Source: Tubiluchus corallicola (taxonomy: Eukaryota; Animalia; Priapulida). From it: 64,000 bases of DNA. Position numbers and translations under genes: made by a program. Within the stretch, counting starts at the first letter, position 1; the number at the start of each line of letters is the position of its first letter. This document shows, piece after piece, positions 27,031 to 39,953 of this stretch. The notes beneath the pieces are model-generated. The model was given only the letters and a program-made list of their open reading frames with translations. It was not told where the DNA came from and made no database searches. Where the stretch lies: assembly GCA_030141605.1 (NCBI GenBank), contig JAQGDQ010000479.1:107795-171794 (forward strand), read 5' to 3'.

Positions 27031-27125
27031 CCTTATATGGCGTGCCCGAGAAGTTTCTAGAAGTTACTTTCCAGAACATGCTACGAGGTAAGACGATTAT
27101 TCTAACGGAACATTCTACAAAGTTC
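27031..27125 (-). promoter_or_regulatory. Second HSE cluster with an adjacent minus-strand TATA-like box / CArG box
   Basis: GAAgtTTCtaGAA (27050-62), TTCcaGAA (27069-76), GAAcaTTCtacAAagTTC (27108-25); CCTTATATGG at 27031-40 reads CCATATAAGG on the minus strand. Confidence 0.6.
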
Positions 27126-28679
27126 TATTTTATTCTAATAGATGCCAGCGATCTCCACAACACAGACATAGGTCTATCAAAAGCAATCTTATTTTTACAT
27201 TTTCTAATTACATGAATAACTGATCGACTGGCGTTTTGGGATTTATTTCGCGCCAAAGTAATCCCAGTTTCACAACCATATATGTCTTGTATTTGCCGTT
27301 GCCGCAAGGATTCATTTACTATGGCAATGGCATGACGTTTTCTTGGAGCCACCACACAAGTCACGTGTAACTTCATGCTGCATAACGTAGCTAGAAAATA
27401 TTTGGTCACAAAATGGCAACTAACCCACTTCCATCCCTGGACAACACATTAGCCAGAACCACACCAAGTTTTAGTCAGAATCAGCAATGCTTAACTTTTG
27501 AAAAGCGGCAATGAACTAAGTGAGCAGCCTACGCCGTGCACGCTGTACACGAGGACAGCTACTATGACGTTCATAATGGAGCAGGGTATCTTTCAAGCTC
27601 ACCACCATACAAAGAAATCACATCTTGCCTGATCAGAGTAAGTTATCTTACACACATGAAGAACATGTTTATCAGGTCAAACAAGCGCAAATTAATTATT
27701 ACTTTTACACAGAAACAAAGCAGATACTTCTTATGGGTCAAAGCACAAAATATTAAATTTGTTGTGGTTAGAATTAGAAAAATTAAAATACAAATACAAA
27801 TTTTCGTCAAAGGCAAAACAGTAATAAGTCATAGTATTGTACAGAACACCCCTTTCACGCTAAATGTAAGTTTCTGTTGAAGCCAAGTTATGGATCTGGC
27901 CTGTATAAAAGCGCTCTTCTCTTCTGTTTTACTGGTTCAGTTAGATAAATCGATCACGGTGTAAACTCTATTTCATCATTATTTTTGAATCTACTTCATG
28001 TAATTTGCCAATAAAGGTCTCGTGTTTCTCACACATCATTCTGTTGTTTCGTGGATGGATGTCAAAGAGTTATAGACTGCTTGGCATCTGCACGTGCTGG
28101 TACCGAACCAACTTGGGTAGGTTTAGCCCTTATCGGCGAGGTACCGTCTGCAGTTCAGTATTTTACAGAGGTTGAGAATTAATTTACGATCAAAAAACTC
28201 TTTTAATAATAGTTATAAGAATTGGTACAGTCCTAACGTTAAACTTAATGACTGTTCTGTCAGAAGAGGTCACATATCGTGGCCACTGTGTAGATTTCAC
28301 TCTTGTACATAGTGTTTCGCTCTCTGAGTGTACATCTACCTTACAGGAACGCTTTTTACAAAATAAATTGGGCATGTAGTCTCTTTTCTAAGGCTACGGT
28401 TGTACATTTATATAATTCGTTGAAATGAACGATCATTGAAAGCCCATCACGAAATGAGCCCATTTCCAAAATAAATCCGCCATCAGGACAGGAAAATACA
28501 GCCTTTAATTCAGCAATAAAACTAGGCACTGTTGTGCAAATGGCTTGTCAGCACCATTTCTGGGTTAAATAAATAATAAATAATAGACTACAAAGAATTA
28601 AACATGTTAAAGAAACAGGAATTACGGCGTCTTACAAAATCTTGGTGAGTTCGATTAGATATGCCTGGTGCCTAAACGT

Positions 28680-28930
28680 CATTCCAATATTTGGTCTCCA
28701 TTCGCTATTGCGCTGTCCAATCATTGCAGAAGTGGGCGTGTTTACCGCTGCGTTCATTCATGATATTTCTCGAACATTCTGGCGAGGCGGGGAAATCTCT
28801 GTGGAAACTTCTGGAAAGTTCTCCTGCGAGCTGTGTAAGCGTGTCGCGAAGATGGTTCAGCCATGAGGTTTCTTTGCGTTACTGGAAAGGCGTGGAAACT
28901 TCTAGAATTTACTACAAAATAGTATATAAG
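28680..28930 (+). promoter_or_regulatory. HSP70 heat-shock promoter: three HSEs, CCAAT boxes and a TATA box
   Basis: TTCtcGAAcaTTC (28767-79), GAAacTTCtgGAAagTTC (28804-21), GAAacTTCtaGAA (28895-907), TATATAA (28923-29), CCAAT at ~28684 and ~28717. Confidence 0.9.
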
Positions 28931-29091
28931 CGCCGAGCAATGATCAGACGACAGATTTTGATACACAGAAAAGCAACCATCAAGTGATACGAGTCTTCAA
29001 AATCGCTAGATTGCGTTTTATAATTATTCTCAGTGAATTTAGATTACAGTGACCACACTAGTGTTATATATTAAACAATAATACAGTGGAC

Positions 29092-31044
29092 ATGGCAACT
29101 CCAGCAATAGGAATTGACCTCGGCACAACGTACAGTTGTGTTGGAGTGTTTCAAGGAGGAAGAGTGGAAATCATAGCCAACGATCAAGGCAACAGGACTA
29201 CACCAAGCTACGTGGCTTTTACAGACACAGAGAGGCTGATTGGTGATGCGGCTAAACAACAGGTAGCCAGGAATCCACAGAACTCCATCTTCGATGCCAA
29301 GAGATTAATCGGGCGACGGTTTGATGAAAGTTCTGTACAATCTGATATGAAACTCTGGCCATTCAAAGTAGTGAACAGAAATGGTAAGCCAAATATGGAA
29401 GTTGAGTACATGGGAGAAAGAAAAACTTTTACACCTGAAGAAATCAGCTCAATGGTATTGTCAAAAATGAAGGAAACAGCGGAATCGTATTTGGGCAAGA
29501 AGGTGACAGATGCAGTAGTAACAGTTCCAGCATACTTCAACGATTATCAAAGACAGGCTACAAAAGATGCAGGACGGATAGCTGGACTCAACGTACTTAG
29601 GATCATCAACGAGCCAACTGCAGCTGCCCTGGCATATGGACTTGACAAAAACTTGAAAGGAGAAAAGAATGTACTCATCTTTGATTTAGGTGGCGGTACT
29701 TTTGATGTTTCCATCTTGACAATTGATGAAGGTTCCATGTTTGAAGTGAGATCAACAGCTGGCGACACACATCTTGGTGGTGAGGATTTCGACAACAGGC
29801 TAGTTCAGCACTTTGTGCAGGAATTCAAAAGGCGACATAAGAAAGACATTTCGGGTAACCATAGAGCTATGCGACGACTTCGGACTACTTGCGAAAGAGC
29901 AAAGAGAACTCTCTCTAGCAGCACAGAAGCTTGCATTGAAGTAGATTCCCTCCACGAAGGCATTGACTTTTACGCAAAGATCACCAGAGCAAGATTTGAA
30001 GAACTCTGCTCTGATCTGTTTAGGGCAACGTTAGAACCGGTTGAGAAAGCTCTTCTTGATTCAAAGATGGACAAGTTTGCTATTAATGATGTTGTCTTAG
30101 TCGGTGGCTCAACTCGTATTCCAAAAATTCAGAAACTGTTAAAAGAATACTTTGGTGGAAAAGAACTCAATCAGTCAATCAATCCAGATGAAGCAGTAGC
30201 GTATGGTGCAGCTGTCCAAGGAGCAGTATTGAAAGGTGACAGAAGTGACACTATCAAAGACGTTCTACTGGTAGATGTAGCTCCATTATCTCTAGGTATT
30301 GAAACGGCTGGTGCAGTTATGACAAAGCTTATTGAAAGAAACGCTCGAATACCTACCAAAGCTAAACAGACGTTCACTACGTATTCTGACAATCAACCAG
30401 GAGTTACTGTTCAAGTCTTTGAGGGTGAACGTGCCATGACGAAAGACAACAATCTGTTGGGAACATTTGAATTAAGTGGAATTCCTCCAGCTCCAAGAGG
30501 AGTGCCAAAGATCGAAGTCGAATTTGATATAGATGCCAATGGAATCCTGAACGTTTCTGCTAAAGATACGAGCACTGGTCGGTCTAACAAGATCACCATC
30601 TCCAATGACAAGTCTCGCTTGTCAAAAGAAGACATAGACAAGATGGTCTCAGATGCAGAGAAGTACAAAGCTGAAGACGAAAGACATAGAATTCGTATAG
30701 AAGCCAGGAACAAACTAGAAAACTACTTATTTAGTGTCAAACAAGCAGTGAATGAACCTGGGCTGGAAGGCAAAATTTCCTCGGAGGATAAAAGCACCGT
30801 CATCAATAAATGCAATGAAACGTGTACTTGGTTAGATTCTAACACGCTTGCAGAAAAGGAAGAGCTGGAACACAAACTTGAAGAACTGCAACAAGTTTGC
30901 AATCCAATCATGACAAAGTTGCATCAGGGAGCGTCTCAGACACAAGGACCTACACAAGATGCAGGAAGAACATGTGGGCAACAAGCTCATCAAGCCAACA
31001 GTGGTAGAAGATGGACAGGTCCAACCGTGGAAGAAGTTGACTAA
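29092..31044 (+). CDS. hsp70: Cytosolic stress-inducible HSP70, intronless, 650 aa from the ATG
   Basis: [36 protein letters not shown] signatures; C-terminal GPTVEEVD; no GGMP repeats; ATG in the context GACATGG at 29092 (the ORF track starts at an upstream GTG). Confidence 0.98.
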   Translation: MATPAIGIDLGTTYSCVGVFQGGRVEIIANDQGNRTTPSYVAFTDTERLIGDAAKQQVARNPQNSIFDAKRLIGRRFDESSVQSDMKLWPFKVVNRNGKPNMEVEYMGERKTFTPEEISSMVLSKMKETAESYLGKKVTDAVVTVPAYFNDYQRQATKDAGRIAGLNVLRIINEPTAAALAYGLDKNLKGEKNVLIFDLGGGTFDVSILTIDEGSMFEVRSTAGDTHLGGEDFDNRLVQHFVQEFKRRHKKDISGNHRAMRRLRTTCERAKRTLSSSTEACIEVDSLHEGIDFYAKITRARFEELCSDLFRATLEPVEKALLDSKMDKFAINDVVLVGGSTRIPKIQKLLKEYFGGKELNQSINPDEAVAYGAAVQGAVLKGDRSDTIKDVLLVDVAPLSLGIETAGAVMTKLIERNARIPTKAKQTFTTYSDNQPGVTVQVFEGERAMTKDNNLLGTFELSGIPPAPRGVPKIEVEFDIDANGILNVSAKDTSTGRSNKITISNDKSRLSKEDIDKMVSDAEKYKAEDERHRIRIEARNKLENYLFSVKQAVNEPGLEGKISSEDKSTVINKCNETCTWLDSNTLAEKEELEHKLEELQQVCNPIMTKLHQGASQTQGPTQDAGRTCGQQAHQANSGRRWTGPTVEEVD

Positions 31045-31268
31045 AATTATTATTTCGAGCGTTAATTTTATTTTTCCAGATATACTGATACATTTACTTA
31101 TGTAAGAGTACTAGAAAATAGAGTAAACTTTACTGCAGTTACTTTTTTGCTGTCGTTTTGTGAAGTTAGGCCAATTCTGTATGCCCAAATTTTCTCATTT
31201 TTACACATGGTTTGGCTGAAATATTAATAAAACGCTTCCTTGTAAGTGGATGTAGTAAGTGTATTATG

Positions 31269-31617
31269 CAAGTGACCCAACGGCCATGTGTAGAGGAGTA
31301 AACCTTCCAAATCAGGAGTAGAGCCCCAAAGGTGGACCAGTGCAGCATGCTCACTGACTCCGGCAGCTCCTGCAGCCAACCTGGTGCCAAACGTATCGCT
31401 CCACTTTCCTTTGGACTACACCAGGAAGGAAGATAGGGGGTTCCTGTTGTCTGGGCAACTCAGGATCTCCATACACCTTGCCCAGGCGTGCGCCCTGGAG
31501 ACGTTCAAGGATCACACTGCTCAGCCACAGTCGATGCTGCAGCTCCATCAATGTGATTAATAACTGACTCTTTTCGTGCACACTCCATTGCCTTCCGAAA
31601 CAGAAGGATGCCAACCA
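31269..31617 (+). mobile_element. 5'-truncated copy of the 5S/RTE SINE
   Basis: Matches 11853-12200; lies ~225 bp downstream of the HSP70 stop. Confidence 0.88.
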
Positions 31618-32047
31618 TGTAGTCAGCTCAGTTTCAAGTTTCATACAATGTGCTTAATATAATTGTAAGTTCTATTAAAAAATCCTATGTGCACACTACT
31701 ATGTAAATAAATAATTTATTTAGAACACTAGACTTTTGTAGTTTTTTTGCTACTTATGCTGCTTATACTCATCACTTGACAGCTGTACGTAATAACTTGT
31801 GTTAAATATTCATTGCTGTTTTGTCTGTAAATGAAGTCTTTATGTAATATTGAAAAAATTACGTGATCTAAACATGGTTTGTTTTTTCTATCACTGCATG
31901 ATCCTTTTCAATGTTGTCTGCAGTTAATAGCAAAGAAAATAATTGTTTAGCAGAGGCAATAATCACAAGCTAACATGTAAATAGCTGTACCAGATTTACT
32001 TCAATAAGTTTCATTAGTTTGGCAGCAGTTATAGATTGTATTATGTG

Positions 32048-32877
32048 AAAACATTGTAATTGAAGAGTAATATTATATCAGCATAAAGTAAATGCTGTAC
32101 TTGACAATGATATGAGATTATGTGGACAATAGATAAAGTAGATAGGACAGCTTGAAAAAGTAGATTAAAATGCTATTATTTTAACACTGACTTGGGATAA
32201 ACATTGTAAATGAAGAACAATATTATATCAGCATAAATTAACTGCTTGCTTGACAATGATAGAATATGTGACAATGGACAAAGTAGATAGACAGCTTGAA
32301 AAAGTAGATTAAAATGCTATTATTTTAACACTGACTTGGGATAAACATTGTAAATAAAACAAAAACACAAAAAACGCTGTGCGACAAGATGTGAGAATAT
32401 GACAATAGATAAAGAGGTAGGACAGCTTGAAAAAGTAGATTAAAATGCTATTATTTTAACACTGACTTGGGATAAACATTGTAAATGAAGAACAATATTA
32501 TATCAGCATAAATTAACTGCTGTGCTTGACAATGATGTGAGAATATGTGGACAATGGACAAAGTAGATAGGACAGCTTGAAAAAGTAGATTAAAATGCTA
32601 TTATTTTAACACTGACTTGGGATAAACATTGTAAATGAAGAACAATATTATATCAGCATAAATTAACTGCTGTGTTTGACAATGATGTGAGAATATGTGG
32701 ACAATGGATAAAGTAGATAGGACAGCTTGAAAAAGTAGATTAAAATGCGATTATTCTAACACTGACTTGGGATAAACATTGTAAATAAAGGACAATATTA
32801 TATCAGCATAAATTAAATGCTGTACTTGACAATGATATGAGAATATGTGGACAATGGATAAACTAGATAGGACAGCT
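32048..32877. repeat. Tandem repeat, ~150-bp unit, ~5.5 copies
   Basis: GACAGCTTGAAAAAGTAGATTAAAATGCTATTATTTTAACACTGACTTGGGATAAACATTGTAAAT recurs about every 150 bp. Confidence 0.9.
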
Positions 32878-33463
32878 CAGAACTGCTGTAGTCTTTCGTT
32901 AAATTACTTGAGAAATATTGAAAAAATAATTGAATACCTTCAATTTTCAGTCTGTTCTGTTTTTTCGGGCCTTAGAATCTTTTAAGATAATCTATTAAAA
33001 TACTTAATTCTCTTAGAAACTCTCATGTACACACATCTAAACACGCAGCCTCTAAATTGCTCTTTTATTAGTTTTATACATAGAATTTTTATGAAATTTT
33101 AGGACAGCTCTCTTTCACACTACTATACTATGCATTGACGAATTTTAACTGCTATTGAGAAAATAAAATTGAATTGAATTGAATATAGAAGGTGACGTCA
33201 CTTTGACTCATCACTTCATGAAAAAATCAGAGACTGTGGCGTTCAATAAGAAATTTTGTTCATGACGATCAGCAGGGATCGAGATAAATTAATTACTAGT
33301 TAATACCTTTTAATCCACGAACAAGCTGCGCAAATGCACACTAACGGCAAGAACGTGCTTGTAAAATTGACAAAATTAAAATAATCAAAAATTTAATTTT
33401 GAGACACGTGTGTTCCTGATTAACTGTGTACTGCTAGGATAATTAATAAAGATAAATAAAGGT

Positions 33464-33665
33464 TGTAACAGTACCATAGATATGGTTTGTGTAGATCAAA
33501 GATGTCGGACATTGCTTAGCACCGTGCTGCATTCTAGACTGTCTTGCTGTTCTGATCTTCTTTGTTTAAGTTCCTAATTAGTTTAATAAATACTACTTTA
33601 TAATGCACGCATTTGTCTGGTTGCTAATATTTTTGTAGCGTGTAACATGGTGTCAGAAGTGGGAT
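33464..33665 (+). mobile_element. Gypsy-type 5' LTR (33464-33647) plus tRNA-Leu primer-binding site (33648-33665)
   Basis: TGTAAC...AATAAA...GTAACA immediately followed by the 18-mer TGGTGTCAGAAGTGGGAT, complementary to the 3' end of tRNA-Leu(CAA); no gag/pol follows. Confidence 0.8.
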
Positions 33666-34003
33666 TACTTATTTTTGCTGGTTTCGTCTTTAAGTGCCAT
33701 TTAGCAAACCAAACTAATTTAAGCGTTAAGTCTTTCTTAATACGTGAGTCATCAATATATACATTAATCTACCAGTAGTAAATTTACTCAAGGAAAACAA
33801 TCAATTAACACATCTAAATTTACACAGTTTATTTAAAACAATAATTTCATTTCAATTCTCATACAATCATAATAATTATAGTATCATTATGTAACTAAAC
33901 TTACACATGAATTGAGCCCAGTTTGAAATCATGGTTACGACAGAATAAGACTCATTAATTATTTCATCATTGCTAAATAATTTTTGTTTCTACATATGCA
34001 CGA

Positions 34004-34409
34004 TAGGGGTGAGCATTCTCTACCAGAAAGCGAATTCGAATCGAACGGAATTTGTGACTTTTGAATTCGAATCGAACCGAACTTCAGTGTTTCGAATCGA
34101 ACCGAATTCGAATTGAAATTGAATGATTTTCGAACAAGTTTTCGAACCGCCAGTAAAAATTTGTCTTACAAAGATCATGCATCTTACTCGATTTTGTTCT
34201 GCAATAAAACGACTAGTAATTTCTTTAAAATTGTGTGCAGAAATCACAGCTAAATTATGCTAATTGCATGATTTTTCAATCGTTTTAGTGATAAAGAACA
34301 TGTGTGATTGAAGTGCTGAATTATTCGAATCTATAGTTTTGGATTCGAATCGAGTTCGAACTAAAAAAACTCGTTCGAATCGAATTCGAGCGTTCGATGC
34401 TCACCCCTA
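34004..34409 (+). mobile_element. hAT-type TTCGAA-rich MITE, copy B
   Basis: TIR TAGGGGTGAGCAT; TSD ATGCACGA/ATGCACGG. Confidence 0.88.
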
Positions 34410-34871
34410 ATGCACGGTTCAGTAATTGAATTTCACAAGAATTAAAAATTTCTACTAATGAAAATTAAAAAAAACAACTACGTTGATTAAATATTAATTT
34501 AATAATGGGTAGATAAAATTTACACATGTATAATACTCTGATCAACATTACACATCATGAACAATTGTGGATTGGAACTGATCATATGATGAGAAATTTT
34601 CATTACCTAATTTAACTCTAAAACCTGACAACAGATGGCAGTAAAATCGTGTAGAATATGGCTACATAGAATGAAGCGAAATATGAAATTTTAAATTCGA
34701 AATTTTAAATGGCAGAGTATCGATTACTTTGATTTTATTAATCGATCACCAACAAGTCAAGCAATAATAAAAGTGGGATGGTCAATGGTCACTCTATTAA
34801 CTGGCATCGAGGGTCACAACAAGAATTTTAACAACGTCAATGAAAATTGCTGTGTATCTTGCCAACGTATC

Positions 34872-35393
34872 TAGGGTTACCATATTGTCTGAGTTGAAAA
34901 AGAGGACACGGGTACTTGGCTTTCATTTCATCTGTAAATGCACACTGTCGTTTCGGCATTGCTACTTTCTAATTAACTTTTACCAGTTGCTCAAAACTGC
35001 AAAACAGCAAAACTACAAATTTAAAGAAATTCACATAAAAACAAACAAAATGGCTCCCGGAAGCTGACGTCATTTTAAGTCGTTAGCGAATAGGCGGAGT
35101 ATCGACAGCGGTGTGAGTCGCGTGACCCATAGTGATGTGCGCATCGCTTACTTTTGTTCAGTAAATATGTACACAAAGGGTTGCATTTTGAGATGTTAGC
35201 AACATCTTGTATTGAAAATTAACGAGCTTTTCTTTGTCTAACACTGTCGTACAGCCTCTGCAGTTGGCAAAGTCAGTACATACTTACGGATTGAGGCAAA
35301 ACCCGGACAAACTGCCGATTTTTTGAAAACCCGCCCGGACAGAGGCCCAGATAGAGGACGTGTCCGGGGAAACCCGGACGTATGGTAACCCTA
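34872..35393. mobile_element. hAT-type MITE, second family
   Basis: TIR TAGGGTTACCATA...TATGGTAACCCTA; TSD AACGTATC/AAGGTATC; subterminal CCCGGAC motifs. Confidence 0.85.
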
Positions 35394-35682
35394 AAGGTAT
35401 CTCAATTTGATTGCAAAACGATTGCAAATTTTTGATAAATCAAAGTAAGCATTTACAATATGAACTACTACACAAGTTTGTCAGTACTTCAACACTACTT
35501 AATTTTGCACACAATTTATACATATGGCAGTCCAATTAAAAAAAACAGGCCTAAATTTAAATGCAAACAGAACTTCTACAATATATAGTATGATCAGGCG
35601 GAAAGAAACGTAGTTTTAATTTACACAATGATTAAGAATGTAAATTCATTGATGCAGTGATTACAAATATTTTTAGCTCTTT

Positions 35683-35857
35683 CATTTTATGCTTCCATTG
35701 AATCCCAATGTATCCCGTGGGATACAGGCTATATTTAGCACGCGGGCACAGGTAGAAAAAAAAAGATTATTATGTGTAAACAAGATGGACATACTGAACA
35801 AAAGTACCAAGCCCAAAAATTTTTTCTTATTAAAAAAATATTTTGGGACTGAAAGGG
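35683..35857 (+). mobile_element. piggyBac-type MITE, 3' part only
   Basis: Matches 13078-13249; ends GAAAGGG|TTAA. Confidence 0.8.
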
Positions 35858-36196
35858 TTAAATATAGAAGAGTCCAAATCACCGCTTCACAAACCGACAA
35901 ATTCACTGACTTCTATAAGATGGCGTCTTAGTTCACACAAATCTAACAGACATTTTACACCACTGCACAATATTTAAAAATCTAGACAACCATCAACCTT
36001 AAAAGTGATCATACAATAGCGTACATGATATCATATGCATGTAAAGTAGATTTAATGGTTCAAGACTGACGACTTTTCCTAAAAACGCATAACATTGAGA
36101 TTCCACTAAACGAGGTATTCGTAGTTATCAGCAAAAAAGAGTGATGCTATAGCTATAGCGATATTTTCTTATCCACGAAGTTTCACACTACACAAC

Positions 36197-36835
36197 TAGA
36201 GGATCTCGAAGATTTCAGCATATGAAGAGCACCCATATTGCTGTTTGCCAGCAGGCAATTTTTAACACATTTAGAACGGAACTGACAAGCCACTGGCGTA
36301 GCAATGTCTAGTTTTTTTTGCTGGATTACTGATGCGTTTACCTGTCTGAAGGCAGATTTCTTTTATTTTAGAATTCTGCCTGCCCAAAGTCTACAATAGA
36401 CGTGACGGGGCATATGAATCGTCATCTATCATCTAACACATTTAACAATAAGAACTCCATGCAGTGTCAAGCAGATGTTTAACATTTAGAATACCTGATC
36501 ATAAATAACTATGGAAGTTTTTGCTGAATCAATCAAAGTGGTTTATTTATGATATTGCAGCACTGATCAGGCTGAAATAACAACAACAAAATAATTACAT
36601 ATAGTACTGCCATACCGCATAGAGCGTAACTACAAATATAAATGTTTCGAATTATACTAATTTAAGAATTGTTCCTTTAATCACAAAAGTAAAACTGCAA
36701 ATAATATACTGTTCTAAATGTTAAACATCTGCTTGACACTGCATGGAGTTCTTATTGTTAAATGTGTTAAAAATTTTCTCCTGGCAAACAGCAATACGGG
36801 TGCTCTTCATATGCTGAAATCTTCGAGATCCTCTA
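36197..36835. mobile_element. Long-TIR foldback element with a 5-bp TSD
   Basis: TAGAGGATCTCGAAGATTTCAGCATATGAAGAGCACCC... is inverted at the right end; ACAAC on both flanks. Confidence 0.75.
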
Positions 36836-37034
36836 ACAACACTCTCATGTAGAACACATGTACAATGAACAAACTGCTTACTGCAACAAATTGTGAGGCT
36901 GAGTGTCTAGACTGCCCTGTATTCAGGTGACAGATAATTTTGACAAGGCATAAATTTTGATATGTTATGAAGGCTGTAGATGCATCAGCTAAGTGTGGTG
37001 AACGGCGATATAGCTTTGCTAATATGTAAGATGA

Positions 37035-37525
37035 GGTTAGTACTTGGATGGGTGACCGCCGAGGAATTAGGAATACCAGGTGCTGTAGGCTTGCGGGATG
37101 CCCACACTGTATCTCGACACTAGGTGGAGGAGCTGCACAAGCAGCCAACGGCTAGAGGGCAGAGGTGGTCAAGTGACCCAACGGCCATGTGTAGAGGAGT
37201 AAACCTTCCAAATCAGGAGTGGAGCTCCGAAGGCGGACCAGTGCAGTATGCGCACTGACTCCGGTAGCTCCTGCAGCCAACCTGGTGCCAAACGTATCGC
37301 TCCGCTTTCCTTTGGACAACTCCAGGCAGGAAGAGAGGGGGTTTCCTGTTGTCTGGGCAACTCAGGATCTCCATACACCTTGCCCAGGCGTGCGCCCTGG
37401 AGACGTTCAAGGATCGGATTGCTCAGCCACAGTCGACGCTGCAGCTCCATCAATATGATCAATAAGTGACTCTCTTGGCGCGCACTCCATTGTCTTCCGA
37501 GACAGAAGGATGCCAACCAACCATC
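37035..37525 (+). mobile_element. 5S/RTE SINE copy truncated within the 5S head
   Basis: Starts GGTTAGTACTTGGATGGGTGACCGCC; same body and tail; AAGATGA on both flanks. Confidence 0.88.
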
Positions 37526-38125
37526 AAGATGAAAATAAAACTTGGGATGTAATGAAACGAACCTACAATTACACTTTTGGATCAAACTTGAGCAAAAATA
37601 AGAAATACGAAAAATTCGGAACCAACATGGGTTTGAACCTGCAGCCAATGGAAGTAGCTATCTTAATCAAATAAACAATGCAATTCCTTGTGATGAAGAT
37701 GGGTCTTTTAAGAGAACAAACTTCTCATGCTACAACAATTATTAGCTAATTTAATTAATTCTGTTCAACTCAGAGTCTGGAATATACCTTCACGTTACTT
37801 AGTAATCTTGTTCATTCATGTTACGTTATTTGTAGATTTTTCTCTATGTGTTTGTATTTGTATTTGTATTTGTATGTTTGTATTTGATATGATTGTACCA
37901 CGAGTATGAAAAAAAATTATATATATATGTATAATAAAAAAAACTGATAATTCGCCAATTTTTGATAACGTTAATTCCGCAATGCCAATTAGCTATGTAA
38001 TAAACTCACAATTATAAAGTGTTTGAGCCAAAAATGACCAAAGCAAAGACAATAACATGAGCCTATTTCACATGAACTCAAAAATACACTTAAACTTTTT
38101 CACAAAAACTGGTTCACACTGTATG

Positions 38126-39953
38126 CAGTGGCGTAACAACTAAGGTGGGGGTCCTTGGACAAGTCTTGACTGGGGGTCCTTGGACAAGTCTTGACTGGGG
38201 GCTCTTGGACAAGTCTTGACTGGGGACCCTTGGACAAGTCTTGACTGGGGACCCTTGGACAACTCTTGATTTGGGCCCTTGGACAAATCTTGATTTGGGC
38301 CCTTGGACAAGTCTTGACTGGGGGCCCTTGGACAAGTCTTGACTGGGGACCCTTGGACAAATTTTGACTGGGGGCTCCTGGACAAGTCTTGACTGGGGGC
38401 CCTTGGACAACTTTTGACTGGGCACCCTTGGACAAATCTTGACTGGGGGCCCTTGGACAAGTCTTGACTGGGGGCCCTTGGACAAATCTTGACTGGGGGC
38501 CCTTGGACAAGTCTTGACTGGGGGCCCTTGGACAAGTCTTGACTGGGGGCCCTTGGACAACTCTTGACTGGGGACCCTTGGACAAATTTTGACTGGGGGC
38601 CCTTGGACAACTTTTGACTGAGGGCTCTTGGACAAATCATGACTGGGGACCCTTGGACAACTTTTGACTGGGCACCCTTGGACAACTTTTGACTGGGCAC
38701 GCTTGGACAAATCTTGACTGGGGGCCCTTGGATAAGTCTTGACTGGGGACCCTTGGACAAATCTTGACTGGGGACCCTTGGACAAATTTTGACTGGGGGC
38801 CCTTGGATAAGTCTTGACTGGGGACCCTTGGACAAATCTTGACTGGGGACCCTTGGACAACTTTTGACTGGGCACCCCTGGACAACTTTTGACTGGGCAC
38901 CCTTGGACAACTTTTGACTGGGCACCCTTGAACAACTTTTGACTGGGTACCCTTGGACAACTTTTGACTGGGCACCCTTGGACAACTTTTGACTGGGCAC
39001 CCTTGAACAACTTTTGACTGGGTACCCTTGAACAACGTTTGACTGGGCACCCTTGGACAACTTTTGACTGGGCACCCTTGAACAACTTTTGACTGGGCAC
39101 CCTTGGACAAATCTTGACTGGGGGCCCTTGGGCAACTTTTGACTGGGCACCCTTGGACAAATCTTGACTGGGGGCCCTTGGACAACTTTTGCCTGGGCAC
39201 CCTTGGACAAATCTTGACTGGGGGCCCTTGGACAAATTGAATGAAAGGCCCCGTATCGACCCCATTTTTAATTTTGTATGAAGTAATGAAATTATCATTA
39301 AACACAAAAAATGATGAAAAGAAAAGCGAAATCGAACTTTATTATTATAGCAAATTGTTTACAAAATTACGTTAAATACACCAAAATAGAAATAAGGCAA
39401 CAAGTAACGCAGTGTATAATGCATACACAGTGTTTGTATATAAAGTTAGTAATGGATACACTGTGTATGTCAAGTAGAAATCCCGGAATGAAATTGATCT
39501 ACAGAAATTTTGCTGATCGAGTCTTAGTGTTGCCAAACTTGTCTATAATATAGTCGATGTCTATCTTCTGAGCAGCACCTCTCTATGAAAAATAAATACA
39601 CTGTTCGGAAGATTTCTCTCTGCTTCCCTTTAATCTAAGGTTGTATTTAGAATTGCCTGTAAAACTTGGCTTCGTTATATGCATTTAGTAGGTCAGCCAA
39701 TCAGATTTGAGCACGTTTTTTAGTCTAGTAGGTTAGCCAATCAGAATTGAGCACGTTTTTTAGTCTACTCATTGGAAGCGAAGAAATCGCCACGTCTTTT
39801 GATTTTTCTGTAATATTGAATTTCAAATAAAAGTTTTTGTGATTACTTCAAAACATACCCATTTTCCTGCCTGTAAATTTGCATGTTTTTTAGGGTCAAG
39901 CTTGGGGGGCCCCGGTATTTGTCCAGCCTTGTCCAATGGGCGTTACGCCACTG
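38126..39953. mobile_element. Non-autonomous hAT-like element carrying an internal minisatellite
   Basis: TIR CAGTGGCGTAAC...GTTACGCCACTG; flanks ACTGTATG/ATTGTATC (6 of 8 match). Confidence 0.7.
38146..39237. repeat. Short-unit GC-rich minisatellite inside the hAT-like element
   Basis: GGGGGCCCTTGGACAA(G/A)TCTTGACT and GGGCACCCTTGGACAACTTTTGACT variants (~25-bp unit); source of the four repetitive minus-strand ORFs. Confidence 0.92.

Noticed and set aside
27865-28115. LTR-like segment (TATAAAA, AATAAA, TGGTACCG) between NDPK and HSP70
   Set aside because: No defined TG...CA boundaries, TSD or recognisable primer-binding site.
29208-30911. Antisense ORFs within HSP70
   Set aside because: Short, fragmented shadows of the sense codon usage.
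22763-34409. Composite transposon: inverted hAT MITEs flanking NDPK and HSP70
   Set aside because: Each MITE has its own 8-bp TSD (TTAGAAAC; ATGCACG.) and the outer flanks do not match, so they are independent insertions.
34004-34409. TTCGAA-rich MITEs as mobile heat-shock elements
   Set aside because: GAA and TTC are mostly adjacent (TTCGAA, GAATTC) rather than in nGAAnnTTCnnGAAn spacing; more likely transposase-binding subterminal repeats.
38100-39307. Long ORFs of 161-397 aa (QGPPVK repeats)
   Set aside because: All three minus-strand frames are open through a short minisatellite inside a transposon; artefact.
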